64,000 bases of DNA from Candidatus Bathyarchaeota archaeon (GTDB lineage Archaea > Thermoproteota > Bathyarchaeia > Bathyarchaeales > Bathycorpusculaceae): NCBI GenBank assembly GCA_963767735.1, contig CAVYES010000005.1, positions 288,001 through 352,000 of the forward strand, written 5' to 3'. Position 1 is the stretch's first letter. Every line of letters begins with the position of its first letter. The notes beneath the pieces are model-generated. The model worked only from the letters and a program-made list of their open reading frames with translations. It ran no database searches and had not been told where the DNA came from. A program made the position numbers and the translations under genes. Shown here in pieces: positions 1 to 10,425 of this stretch.

Positions 1-609
1 ATTCTCTTCGCTTCGACGTTGGACTGGTTTGTTTGATAAGGTATTTTTTAGTTTATTAAGGTTTTCATATTTATGCAGGTTCTATTGAGTTGCTTGTTAC
101 GTGTAAATGAATCATGAATGATGATAGAGTTAGTTTTGGAATCATTCGATTCTTAGACGAAACTTAGACCTATAAAATCACGTTTTTCTTTCAGTGAAAG
201 ATGAATTTTTAATCTACCGATTCTTATTTGGGTAGTTATGAGTAAGGACCTGCAACGTGTACTAGGGTTTACTGGCTTTTTTGCCGCTGCAACAGTGGCT
301 ATGGAACGCTCTGCTGTTCGCTTCTGGGATAGTTTACATGGTCATAAGAAAAATATGAGAGTGGCTAATCGCTTTTTTTCTCAGCGGAGGAAATTGTCGA
401 GCATCTTTGTTAATCTTTTCCTATTCTCTACATAACAAATCTAAGAACGCTTTTCACAATTGTGGAAGTTCAAATAGTGGATGAGGCTTTACTGAAATGC
501 TTTGGTTTCTTGATTTTTCTGTTTAGCTAGATCGAAAAATTGTTGTTGTATCAACTTGCCAACCATACAAATTTAAAAACAAAACCAGTCACAGTTAGTT
601 TGATGTATT

Positions 610-714
610 ATGAAAGACGATTTTGAGTGCCCGTGGTGTGGCTCAAATTTTGAAGACGGCAAAGAACTACATTTGCATGCACAAAAACATTATAGATCTT
701 CAGTACAAGCATAA
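610..714 (+). CDS. 34-aa C2H2 zinc-finger microprotein (not in ORF track)
   Basis: Manual translation MKDDFECPWCGSNFEDGKELHLHAQKHYRSSVQA* matches F-x-C-x2-C-x3-F-x5-L-x2-H-x3-H exactly; TATA-like TTTAAAAA about 35 nt upstream. Confidence 0.75.
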   Translation: MKDDFECPWCGSNFEDGKELHLHAQKHYRSSVQA

Positions 715-941
715 TTTCTAAGAAACCTCCTGCTTCTGCCGATTTTTCTTAGTGTGGAATTTTTCAGTTCGCAGTGGCGGGTCAGATACTGATGTAGACT
801 TACAGCTTGTTCTAGTTGAAAGATGATTTACTGAAAGTCAAATCCCCCGATATTCTTAGAAATTCTTAATCCTTTAAGGCTGAAAAACAGGAAAAGTTAT
901 GATTGATGAAGAAATGGTACTTTACGTCATAACGTTTTTAT

Positions 942-1223
942 ATGCTACATCAAGAAATCAAGCCAGCGATGGCTATGAATAGACAAGAAGCAGTTAAGGT
1001 GCTGCAAGAGATACTATGTGAATGTGATGGGTCAATCTCCATGAGCTCAGTTTCACTTTCGCCTATTACACCAAATAAAGCGCAGAGTTCTTCTTTCGAG
1101 TTGCGAATAAACTGCAGGCTTGATGACTCTTTGAGAACGTGCATCAACGCTGTTCTTGAGAGACACAAGTTAGCCATGAAAGAATTAGGTACATCATTGG
1201 TGATTTACCGCCCCAGAACTTAA
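942..1223 (+). CDS. Small hypothetical protein (real start possibly the internal MNRQEAVKVL)
   Basis: 93-aa ORF with globular composition in an otherwise AT-rich intergenic region. Confidence 0.6.
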   Translation: MLHQEIKPAMAMNRQEAVKVLQEILCECDGSISMSSVSLSPITPNKAQSSSFELRINCRLDDSLRTCINAVLERHKLAMKELGTSLVIYRPRT

Positions 1224-1588
1224 AAAAACGCGCCAATTATCAAATAATTCTTACCCACGATTTATTCTTAATTTTATGTTCTTAACGTATCTCCCAAATC
1301 TTAGAAGTGTTTTTAGTTTAGGCTTGCCTTGTTTTAAATCTGGGAAAAAGAAGTGGTTGATATTAAACCTGTAAATTTGATAGGGCAAAAAGGGTGATTA
1401 AGCGAATTTAGCCGAGTGCTAACATCGATACGGCGCAAAAATGGTGATGTACGCCTTATCTTATTTAGCAGCCAAACTCGCTTAACAAGGTGGCTCTTGA
1501 TTAATTCCTTTTTCTTTCTGTAGTCAGCTACGATTGTAAAGAAAATAAAATAATGTTGGCACAAATTGAAACAACAATCGATCAGTTG

Positions 1589-3181
1589 TTAAGTGAATTT
1601 ATACGTGATTTTCGCGTCATTCCTTTTTTTGGAAATCTTGACTTCGGCTTGTTCGCTGTTTATTCCGTGCCAAATAATTTTATAGCCGAGTTGAGTTAAG
1701 GCGCAGGATGCGTCGCTTACTCCTTGAGCTTCAATTAGCCTTATTGCTTGGGTAAGAGGTAGTTTTGCTGATTGTTTTAGGCAATCTTCGATTTGATTGT
1801 TTATTTGAATTAACTTCTCTTTGCTTACTAAAATATTGGGCATCGCCACGTAGCCTGTGGGAGAATTAACTGTTAGAACTGCTTTGGCGGCTTCTGTGGA
1901 AATGCCAATTCTTGCTGCAAACTCGTCGTAGGAGACAACTGGCTCCGTAAATTTAACGTGGAGGTTCTCTAAGAATTTGATCTCTCTGTCTTTAACTCCT
2001 TCAAAAGCGGTTTCTAAGTAACGCAGAATTGAAGCGAGAGGAATTTTGTCATGATAGTAAATGAAGTTCAATTGTGTGCGCTTCTCCAGTGCGGTGAGTT
2101 TCTCACATGCCAAAGCTTCATCGACCAGCAGAAGCATCTTTGCCTCTACGTGCTTTAGCTTTTCTGCTTTTCTCAGTAAGTATTCTTCAGTCCAGAACCC
2201 CACAATCTCCAAATAGATTTTGACGCCGGCTCTTTCAAGAGAAAAATCGGGTATTATCACTTGAGTTCCCGCAGGGACGGGTTCGGGTTCTCTTTTCAAA
2301 GTCCAACCGGATTTCACAGCTTGAAACTGCAGAGCAAAGCTCTCTTCGGCGGCGCTATCGTAGGTTTGAGGCGGCAAATTGGGTTTCTTAAAAAGTGCGC
2401 CTTGTTTTTGGCTTTCGATTTTGAAGTTGCAGATTTCGTTTGTGTATTTCCACAGTATCTTCGCGGTGATGGTCCATTCGGGGTTAGCGACAATTATTGG
2501 CAGTAGTTTGGCCATGCTGACTCCATATCTTTTCGTGAGTTTGAAGAGGCTGGCTGGGCCGTCGATTTTCACCCACAAACCATTGTCGCGATAAACCTCG
2601 TAGATTAAACCCAGTTTTTTCACGAAATAAAACAGGCTCTGCCAGTTGCCGGAAGCCGTGAAAGTCAGTTCTGTGGCGTCAAATAGAAGCGTCTGTGACA
2701 GACTAAGATTGTACTGTTCCAGCAGTTCATATGCTAAGGGTGGGGTAAACTTTTCAAGAATCAACTCGTCATCTAAGTCAGCGTACAGATGCGCCTCAAG
2801 GTTTTCTGTTGTCACCGCCATTTCTGAAGCGACATCGTCGATTATTCTTCGTCGCTTTTCTGGAGTGGTGGGCACACCAACCTTTTCTGTTGCTTGAAAG
2901 ATTTTTCTCCTTAAATCTACTGGGTTGATTTTGCTGTTGCAGACAAATGTGCCTGTTCGGTCCAACAGCAAAGCTAATGCCCTAACGAAGCGATATTCGT
3001 ATCCTCTATTCTCAAGGTCGGTGACTATGGCTTTTAGAACTTTTTTCTTTTCTCCAACATGTTCCTTGTACGCCTCGATGAGGCAGCCTGCAACCTCGAG
3101 GTTGTCGTTGGAAAGCTTGGAGTAGCGGGGCAGGATCTCACCTTTCCTCTTCCAGACCACGAGCAGGTTACTTGGAAGCAC
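1589..3181 (-). CDS. bax1: Bax1 / DUF790-family endonuclease
   Basis: IIPDF...YLEIVGFWTEEYL nuclease-like motif; start overlaps the stop of the upstream XPB helicase, the known archaeal xpb-bax1 arrangement. Confidence 0.88.
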   Translation of the reverse strand: MLPSNLLVVWKRKGEILPRYSKLSNDNLEVAGCLIEAYKEHVGEKKKVLKAIVTDLENRGYEYRFVRALALLLDRTGTFVCNSKINPVDLRRKIFQATEKVGVPTTPEKRRRIIDDVASEMAVTTENLEAHLYADLDDELILEKFTPPLAYELLEQYNLSLSQTLLFDATELTFTASGNWQSLFYFVKKLGLIYEVYRDNGLWVKIDGPASLFKLTKRYGVSMAKLLPIIVANPEWTITAKILWKYTNEICNFKIESQKQGALFKKPNLPPQTYDSAAEESFALQFQAVKSGWTLKREPEPVPAGTQVIIPDFSLERAGVKIYLEIVGFWTEEYLLRKAEKLKHVEAKMLLLVDEALACEKLTALEKRTQLNFIYYHDKIPLASILRYLETAFEGVKDREIKFLENLHVKFTEPVVSYDEFAARIGISTEAAKAVLTVNSPTGYVAMPNILVSKEKLIQINNQIEDCLKQSAKLPLTQAIRLIEAQGVSDASCALTQLGYKIIWHGINSEQAEVKISKKRNDAKITYKFT

Positions 3182-4530
3182 TATGATGCCTCTTCAGTGG
3201 TTAGGCGTCGCCTGCGGCTGATGCCAACTTCCACGGTTTCCTTGGAAATGATTTCTATTAGTTTGGCGGTTTTGCCTTCTTTCTTTCTAAGAAGCCGTCC
3301 TAGCCTTTGCACGTGTTCGCGTGCGCTTCCAGTTCCGCCAAGGATTAAGCCGACTGACGCGTCTGGAACATCTACGCCCTCGTCGAGAACCTGGGATGTA
3401 ACTATGACTTTGTATTTGCCGTTTCCAAAGTTTGTTAATATCTCGCGGCGCTCCTCCCTCGTGGTCTGATAGGTAACGGCTGGAATCAGAAAACGCCTAC
3501 TAATAGTATAGACCAAGTCATTGTACAGTGTGAAAATCAGAATCTTCTCGTCTCTGTACGTTTCTAGTCTTTCGGCTAACAGGTTAAGTTTTTCCTCGGA
3601 GTTAACTGCGACTCTTAAGGCGCGGTTTCGAGCGAGAAGTGCTTCTCTAGCATGTGGGTCTCTGCCAGTCGTCATTATGAACCTCTGAAAATCAGCTGCG
3701 TTTTTCAGGACGATTTTTTTCTGGCGAAGATAGTTCTTAAAGACGCTCATTTCGGCTTCGTAGGTTTGTTGCTCTTCAGGGGTCAGTTCGACTGATACTT
3801 TCTCGTACGTGTAGGGTGAGAGGTGTTTTCCTGCGAGTTCTTCAATGTCGACAGAGTAAACTGGGTCGCCTACAATTAACGGAAGAAGTGCGTGTCTCTG
3901 GTCGCTTCTCTCGTAGGTGGCGGTTAAGCCCATGCGATAAGGCGCAATGTACATCTCGCCTATTTGCATATAACCAGGAGAAGCTAAGTGATGCACCTCA
4001 TCAAAAACCAAGAACATAAACCTGTTTCCTAACTGCGCTGCCTGCGAGTAAGCTGAATCATAAGTTGCAACTGTCACCATGCGTATGATGTTTTCGCCTC
4101 CGCCTACGACGCCGGCTTCCACGCCGAGGCATTCTCTCACTCTTTTTCTCCATTGGTCAATTAGATCCAATGTTGGAACAATTATCAAAGTCTGTGTTCT
4201 GAGCAGATCAATTGCCTTGAGTGCGATGAAAGTTTTTCCGGCTGCTGTGGGCAAAATCAATACTCCTCTGTTGCCCGCGTGACACCAGTTGTCTAAGGCT
4301 TTGTTCTGGTAAGTCCTCAACTCCACGTTACTCTTTAATTGTTCGATTGGAGGCGGATTGGGAACGTCATCATCGTATCTGATTCCGCTCTCCTTAAAAT
4401 ATTCCAAAGCGTCCTTGTAGTGACTGGCCTTCAGTCTGTAACAGCCGCATCGGGAATCCCATTTACCATATGGAGTTCCAATCTCCCCTTTCAAAAGAAG
4501 GGTGCCCTTGTCAAACCACAAACGCAGCAT
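3181..4530 (-). CDS. xpb: XPB/Rad25-type SF2 DNA helicase
   Basis: PTAAGKT Walker A, DEVHH, GLTAT, VLDEGVDVP and QRLGRLLR motifs. Confidence 0.92.
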   Translation of the reverse strand: MLRLWFDKGTLLLKGEIGTPYGKWDSRCGCYRLKASHYKDALEYFKESGIRYDDDVPNPPPIEQLKSNVELRTYQNKALDNWCHAGNRGVLILPTAAGKTFIALKAIDLLRTQTLIIVPTLDLIDQWRKRVRECLGVEAGVVGGGENIIRMVTVATYDSAYSQAAQLGNRFMFLVFDEVHHLASPGYMQIGEMYIAPYRMGLTATYERSDQRHALLPLIVGDPVYSVDIEELAGKHLSPYTYEKVSVELTPEEQQTYEAEMSVFKNYLRQKKIVLKNAADFQRFIMTTGRDPHAREALLARNRALRVAVNSEEKLNLLAERLETYRDEKILIFTLYNDLVYTISRRFLIPAVTYQTTREERREILTNFGNGKYKVIVTSQVLDEGVDVPDASVGLILGGTGSAREHVQRLGRLLRKKEGKTAKLIEIISKETVEVGISRRRRLTTEEAS

Positions 4531-4960
4531 GACGATTACTCCCGCTTCTAATCAATTAAACTTACGCCAACTTTATCAGGAGAAGTTAAATGCAAAGTAA
4601 GAAGCAGCCAATCAGAACGCTAGGGTGAAAGTAGCTTACTAAATACTTCGAGTCTTGAGATCGACAATGCTTTATCTTGAATTCAATTTCCGCAGTATGT
4701 AGAAAAGTGCACGCGGGTAAAACGAGACCATCTGAGTTTTTGCTGATTGAGTATTAGCGCTCGCTACGTCATTCTTTTTCGAGGGTTGAAGTTCGATTTT
4801 TTTTCTGTTTTTACGGAAATGTATCTTTCTTCGACATACATAATCTTGTTTATTAAGTCATAATATTTAAAGGGTCAACGAATGAACTTACTTAATAATC
4901 CAAAGGAGGGTTGAAAAAACAAAAGCGCGCTCTTCAAGCGTTATTTTGGGTGAATAAAGA

Positions 4961-5686
4961 ATGTTTTTTAAAAGGCAGATTTTTGTAGCAACCGCTATAG
5001 GCGTAATTATGCTTATGAGTGGATTACTAGGTACGGCTAATCCACAGCCTCAAGTCACAGGAGTTGAATCCATTCTGAGTATCTCTCAAATATCAGCGAC
5101 TCCCCAATTTTTCTTTCAACAAAATCTCTACTTAGTCAGCACTATTGGCGAACCAACCTACTGGATTCAAGCATTCTTCCTTTATACTCCAACAACTATG
5201 CTAAGCCTTTTTCTGAATGTAAATGGAAAATGGGTTGCAAGTAATATGCCAAATTACATACAGGTTGCTTTTCCCTCAAATTTAACCCTCCAAACCTACA
5301 TCGGCAACAACAGTCAACTGTACACAGCACTCAAATATAACGACGCAACTGCGTTAATTTTGAAGTGGAATTTCACGAGCATCGACTCAACATACAGTTT
5401 TAGCAATCAATTAATCAAGGATGATAAAGGCTATGTTGGAAACGAAATGATTTTTGAAACACCAAACCTAAAAGGATTAGCGACAGCAGAAAAATATATT
5501 AATGGAAAATGGGTACCGGCTACAAAACTAGGACTTGTGGACAACTTAGGCGATCAATCAACTGTCTACTACAGTTCATCAATGGAACACACATCTTCTC
5601 TAACTTTCTCAATTATCAAAGGCATAGCCTACTTCTGTCCGAACTACGCAAACAATAGCGCCTACACGGGCATTATAATAAAATAG
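4961..5686 (+). CDS. Secreted hypothetical protein
   Basis: N-terminal signal-peptide-like hydrophobic stretch; S/T/N/Y-rich beta-type composition. Confidence 0.6.
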   Translation: MFFKRQIFVATAIGVIMLMSGLLGTANPQPQVTGVESILSISQISATPQFFFQQNLYLVSTIGEPTYWIQAFFLYTPTTMLSLFLNVNGKWVASNMPNYIQVAFPSNLTLQTYIGNNSQLYTALKYNDATALILKWNFTSIDSTYSFSNQLIKDDKGYVGNEMIFETPNLKGLATAEKYINGKWVPATKLGLVDNLGDQSTVYYSSSMEHTSSLTFSIIKGIAYFCPNYANNSAYTGIIIK

Positions 5687-6106
5687 CTCGCTCGCGTATC
5701 TAACTGACCTCATATTTATCAAAAAGTCAGCAAGAAGACCTCTGGTCTTGACCAGAGGCTGAATTGCGTAGTCTAGTTGTTTGTTCCTCAATGTAACGTT
5801 GGATTGTTTCGGGAAACGTGCCATGCTGATCAGCGTGCGTAGTTGTTCATAGATTAGTTTGCGAAGTGTTGATGCTTCTAGCTTTGCTCGCATGCGTGCT
5901 GGGTAACCAAGTTTGAAATGCGGTATGGTTTTAATGAAATGTGTTCTTAACTCTAAGCATAAAAAAGTTTTCGAATGCTAAAAGTTATTTGTGAGGTTAT
6001 TGTCAATCTAAGAAATCCTAAAAAAAGAAAACTAAAAAAAGAAAAAAGGATAATGTGGAACGTGTGCGTGCGCGTGAGTAGCGGTCGGTTTTTGGTGTTG
6101 GAGTTT

Positions 6107-7990
6107 TTATTTTCGTCTCTTCTTTGCAATAATAACCGCGGACAAGACTATGATCATAAAGGCAAGTAAAGTAATTCCTAGCAATTGACCAGGAAATTCT
6201 GGAATCGTCGGTGTTGGGGCGGCAGTTGGTTTAGCGGTTGGGGCGGCAGTTGGGGCATGAGTTGGGGAAGCAGTTGTAGCTGGTGGAGCGGTGGGTGCAG
6301 TGGTTGTTTGAATTGGCGGTGCTGTTGGTGCAGCTGTTGGTGCAGCTGTTGGTGCAGCTGTTGGTGCAGCTGTTGGTGCAGCTGTTGGTGCAGCTGTTGG
6401 TGCAGCTGTTGGTGCAGCTGTTGGTGCAGCTGTTGGTGCAGGTGTTGCGGTTGGGCTTGGAGTGGGTGATGGGGTTGGTGCCAGCTGTTCGGTTTCTACT
6501 GTACCAGAAATTATTCCTGAGGGTATCGCGGTTAACTGTAAGTTAACGCCTGATGTAACTGCGCTAACCGTTACTGATACTCCGGATTGCATTACCGTTG
6601 TGTACTCGTCTGCTGATGCTGTTACGGTGTATGTTCCCGTTGTTGTCAGACCCGTTGATATTGTATAGTCTCCTGAGCTGTCTGTTGTGGCTGAGCCTTC
6701 GGCAAATGTTATGGGATCTTCCGCGGTTACAGAGGCTCCATCTATTGGGTTACCCAGTGTGTCGGTGACTTTTCCTGTTATTGTTCCTGAAGCTGCAATG
6801 GTGAGTTGTATGTTTTCTCCTGAAGTTTTTAGCCCCTGAGTCACGGCTACGCCTGAAATGGAGTTAAAACTTTCGCCGTAGAAGGCTTCAACTGTGTAGG
6901 TGCCTGTTCCCAGATCAGTTGTAATTTGGTATACTCCTGCTGAATTAGTGGTTGCAGAGCCGAAGTAAGTGCCATCGGCGGAGGAGGCAATAACGTCTGC
7001 GCCTGCAATGGGTGTACCACCTACTGTATTAGTGACTGTTCCTGAGATTATGCCGGAAAGCGGTAGAGCCAGGTTTTCTCCTGAAGATGTTTGTCCTTGG
7101 GTCACTGCGAAAGATGCAGTTGTTTCGGGCAGGTAGTTGGTTGGGAAAAATGCTGTTACGTTGTATGTTCCTGTGCCTAAGTTGTTGTCCATTGTGTATT
7201 GTCCATTGCTATTTGTCGTTGCACTTCCAGAATATTGGCCGTTTGATGATTCCGCAATAACGCTAATACCTGAAAGGGCCGCGTGAGAGTTTGCATCGGT
7301 GACTGTTCCTGAAATAGTGGCTGATATTGGGAGAGCAAAGTTAACGTTTGCGGTTGTGGCGCCTGCGTTCACTGTGATTGGGCTAACAGATTGATACAAG
7401 TATGGTCCTTCGAAGGCATAAGCGCTTACGTTGTAGGTTCCTGTTGGTAGGTTTGTGTTTATTTCATAGTTTCCGTTGCTGTCAGTGAATGTAGAGAAAC
7501 CGCTTGGAGAGTCTGCACCTGTCGAGTTTTCCGCTGTCACAATTACGTCTGCTACTGGGAGACCTGTTGAGGCATCGGTTACATGACCAGTTATGATTCC
7601 TGACTCAGTTACAAATATGGTTTCGCCAGAAGTTGTTTGGCCCGCTGTGACTGCAACGTTGTCGAGTTCTGCGTCAACGTAGCCGGTGGCGAGAGTTGTT
7701 AATGAATAAGTGCCAGTGCCCAGGTAGCTTGTGATGCTATATTGTCCTTGAGCGTTTGTGACAGCTGAGCCTTCACCGTTGCCAGATGCTGAGACCGTAA
7801 CGTTTGGAACTGGGAAGGGAGGTTGAGCTGAGGCTCGTCGCGGAACTGAAGCAACGCCTAATATCGCTGCGGCGATTAAGCCTACTAAAAGTATGGTCAT
7901 CAATAAATTGGCTGCTGCTTTGGCTTTGTTTTGGTTACCTGACATATGATGTGCTAATGCTAAAATTGATATTCTTGAGGTTTTTTTCAT
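6107..7990 (-). CDS. Cell-surface protein with tandem carboxypeptidase-regulatory-like (Cna-B-type) beta-sandwich repeats, PTAA linker and PEF-CTERM-like anchor
   Basis: Repeated 'G-x-I-x-G-x-V-T...A-T-T-x-x-x-G-x-Y-x-I...GTY-x-V-x-A' units; C-terminal IPEFP + TM helix + KKRRK. Confidence 0.85.
   Translation of the reverse strand: MKKTSRISILALAHHMSGNQNKAKAAANLLMTILLVGLIAAAILGVASVPRRASAQPPFPVPNVTVSASGNGEGSAVTNAQGQYSITSYLGTGTYSLTTLATGYVDAELDNVAVTAGQTTSGETIFVTESGIITGHVTDASTGLPVADVIVTAENSTGADSPSGFSTFTDSNGNYEINTNLPTGTYNVSAYAFEGPYLYQSVSPITVNAGATTANVNFALPISATISGTVTDANSHAALSGISVIAESSNGQYSGSATTNSNGQYTMDNNLGTGTYNVTAFFPTNYLPETTASFAVTQGQTSSGENLALPLSGIISGTVTNTVGGTPIAGADVIASSADGTYFGSATTNSAGVYQITTDLGTGTYTVEAFYGESFNSISGVAVTQGLKTSGENIQLTIAASGTITGKVTDTLGNPIDGASVTAEDPITFAEGSATTDSSGDYTISTGLTTTGTYTVTASADEYTTVMQSGVSVTVSAVTSGVNLQLTAIPSGIISGTVETEQLAPTPSPTPSPTATPAPTAAPTAAPTAAPTAAPTAAPTAAPTAAPTAAPTAAPTAPPIQTTTAPTAPPATTASPTHAPTAAPTAKPTAAPTPTIPEFPGQLLGITLLAFMIIVLSAVIIAKKRRK
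6321..6440. repeat. Perfect 12-bp tandem repeat (GCTGTTGGTGCA) x10 encoding (PTAA)n
   Basis: Ten identical 12-mers read directly from the sequence. Confidence 0.95.
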
Positions 7991-8475
7991 AAAAATCCCT
8001 AGTTTGTTCGACTTAAAATAACATCTTTAATTCCTAAGATTGATGTAGACTCTTAACTGATAAAAAACTATGTGACTGTCTCCACGCAATAACATGTTGC
8101 GCATAAAAGGCCCGTCTGGCTGTTTCCAAAATGGTAAAAGCAGGTGCAACTAGTTTTTTGGTTCTTTGGATTTTTTGTCAAGAGTACAATTCGGAACATG
8201 AGTTAAAAACAAAAAAATAGCTTTATCGCAAAATTTTGGTTTAAACTTGGGATGTTATTGTTTCGGATGATTCTGCAAAGTTCTCGGTTACTGACTTTTC
8301 TTGTCAAAAATCGGTTGCTGTCGTGAGATGGCTATTTTTAGGGTTCTGTTAACTTGGTAAGATACGACTTCTCCAAGTAAACTTTCAAGGGTTCTGGTTA
8401 ATCTACGAACTTTAACTAAATACATTCATTGAAAGCATACAAAATATTTAGACAGAGAGACTTAGCTAGTTTGAT

Positions 8476-8610
8476 TTATCGTAATTTTCTCTTTTGTCTT
8501 TTTAACTCAGATTCTTTTTCTCGTGGGGCTGCCTTGGCGTCGCTTAATGTAACAACTTCAACGGTGTTTCCAGCGATAACGACTTTAAATGCTACCATTT
8601 CCAATTCCAT
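8476..8610 (-). CDS. Putative 44-aa microprotein
   Basis: MELEMVAFKVVIAGNTVEVVTLSDAKAAPREKESELKRQKRKLR*, preceded by SD-like AGGTGA. Confidence 0.35.
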   Translation of the reverse strand: MELEMVAFKVVIAGNTVEVVTLSDAKAAPREKESELKRQKRKLR

Positions 8611-8616
8611 TTCTAT

Positions 8617-8706
8617 TCACCTATCATGTTTGTACTTGTCCTTAACAAAGGCTTCTTCGACAACACATTCAACGATATCTTTCTCGTATGTCAGTTTTTT
8701 CTTCAT
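8617..8706 (-). CDS. Putative 29-aa microprotein
   Basis: MKKKLTYEKDIVECVVEEAFVKDKYKHDR*; its stop lies inside the SD-like sequence of the next small ORF. Confidence 0.3.
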   Translation of the reverse strand: MKKKLTYEKDIVECVVEEAFVKDKYKHDR

Positions 8707-9157
8707 TCTATATCAAATATACTGTTTTAATTAGCAACTTAAGACCTATGAACCTCGAATCAATATTTGAAATTAACACTATTTTACGCAAACCTAATTA
8801 AGACACCAAAAAGAACCTGAAAAACCGTTTGAACCCCGACAAATAAGCCATGGCGAAAGAATCCAAAAAATAAACTATCATAGGCTAACGGAAACACTCA
8901 CTAAAAAAGTAAGCTCAAGTGTAAACAAAGAGCAATATCGTTAATGTGGGCTTTTCCCTTGTTCTTAGAAAATTGTAAACTGCCAATTCACCAATCACCA
9001 CACCAATAACTGTTCTGACGAGTTCCGTTAGGTGACTTAGCATAAAATTTAAAGCACGAGACATAATTAGAGAAGTTCGATATATTTCTGTTTATGAAAT
9101 AACACAATATATAAAGGGTTAACCTCATTGGTTAGCGCCAAAAAAGAGTGTTAAACG

Positions 9158-9856
9158 ATGGAGAAAGGAGAAGCTCAGATTTTCCATTCGATGCAGGTTA
9201 TTATAGCTGCGTTGAATGAGGAAGAAGGAATCGGGTTAACGATAGCTGAGCTTAGAAAGTACCTGAGAGAGATCAAAATTTTGGTGGTTGACGGCAAAAG
9301 CGCTGATCGAACTGTGGAAACTGCCAAGAATTGTGGGGCGGAAATTGTTTTTCAGGATGGCATAGTTAAAGGCGACGCGGTTGCCAAAGCTATCGAAAAT
9401 ATTGACCCGGACGTAGATTATGTGGTAATCACCGACGCTGACTATACTTACCCGGCAGAGTATATTCCAAAAATGATTCAAACATTAGAAAAGAACCCAA
9501 CGGTTGGCATGGTTTGTGGAAATAGATTTACTGCGGATTTAGATAACCGAGCCCTTCATGACGTGTTCTACTTTGGGAACCGGCTAATAGCGTTAACCCA
9601 CAATTTCTTAAACGGAGTCCCATTAGCTGACCCGCTGACCGGATTGCGTGTAGTACGTGCGGAAATTCTTAGAAAATGGAAAGTTAAATCCAAAGGTTTC
9701 GACATTGAGGTTGAACTGAATCATCGCGTGGAGGGAGAAGGTTTTGGCATCTTGGAAGTTCCCATTAAATATCGAGAAAGATTAGGTGAAAAGAAATTAG
9801 GCGTCAGAAATGGCGCAGAAATTTTTAAGCGCATAATGCTAGAAACAACTTATTAA
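9158..9856 (+). CDS. GT2-family glycosyltransferase (polyprenol-phosphate mannose synthase-like)
   Basis: ALNEEE, VVDGKSADRT, ITDADYTYP (DxD), GFDIEVE, YRERLGEKKL motifs. Confidence 0.9.
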   Translation: MEKGEAQIFHSMQVIIAALNEEEGIGLTIAELRKYLREIKILVVDGKSADRTVETAKNCGAEIVFQDGIVKGDAVAKAIENIDPDVDYVVITDADYTYPAEYIPKMIQTLEKNPTVGMVCGNRFTADLDNRALHDVFYFGNRLIALTHNFLNGVPLADPLTGLRVVRAEILRKWKVKSKGFDIEVELNHRVEGEGFGILEVPIKYRERLGEKKLGVRNGAEIFKRIMLETTY

Positions 9857-9897
9857 ACCGTTCAGTTTACCCGTCTTCGGTTTCTCTTGTGGTGCAA

Positions 9898-10086
9898 TCA
9901 CGCTTGACTTGGCTTGATTGACGTTTGCAGGCGTTTTGTTAATTGGGTTTTGTAGCTATATTGTTGTTGCTTTGCATATCCCACAAAATTAGTGCTCCAT
10001 CCGACAATGAATACGATGATGAATATTGGTGCAGGGAAAGCGACTCTGAGTTTGTTGCGTTTTTTTCTGTTGGTTGGTTTTGTCAT
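9898..10086 (-). CDS. Small single-pass membrane hypothetical protein
   Basis: Basic N-terminus followed by hydrophobic APIFIIVFIVGW segment. Confidence 0.45.
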   Translation of the reverse strand: MTKPTNRKKRNKLRVAFPAPIFIIVFIVGWSTNFVGYAKQQQYSYKTQLTKRLQTSIKPSQA

Positions 10087-10425
10087 GGGTTGCCGTTATG
10101 ATCTTGTGGCTTAATTATTAATATAAAAGCTTTATGAATTGTCAGTAACTAAAAGGCAATAGTCGAACACTCGTACAGATTAAATTTTAAGCCCAAACCC
10201 AAACTCAAACTACTTTTAATTAATTGATTTTATTTTTTTATTAACTTGTTTTCTTATTCTTTCTCTCTTACCATCACAGAACTGTATCAACGCGTGCATC
10301 ATGTATATCACACAGCAGCACACACACAAAATGAACAAAAAAACCCATCTTTTAAGAACTTAACAGAACCTAAAACAGCAAGCTTTAATTGAAGTATCTG
10401 CCTTACGATAATCTGAGGCTTTTAG

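Noticed and set aside
1-90. Possible additional leader copy (ATTTTTTAGTTTA...TGCAGGTT)
   Set aside because: Block spacing does not fit the 62-bp consensus and no 10-bp array follows
5609-5893. 94-aa minus-strand ORF
   Set aside because: Overlaps the end of 4961-5686 and has no recognisable motif; cannot be supported
6185-6546. (CWCS)n and (VQLL)n ORFs
   Set aside because: Antisense readings of the PTAA 12-bp repeat
8429-8734. 101-aa + strand ORF
   Set aside because: TTG start and S/F/L-rich composition; better explained as antisense to two small minus-strand ORFs
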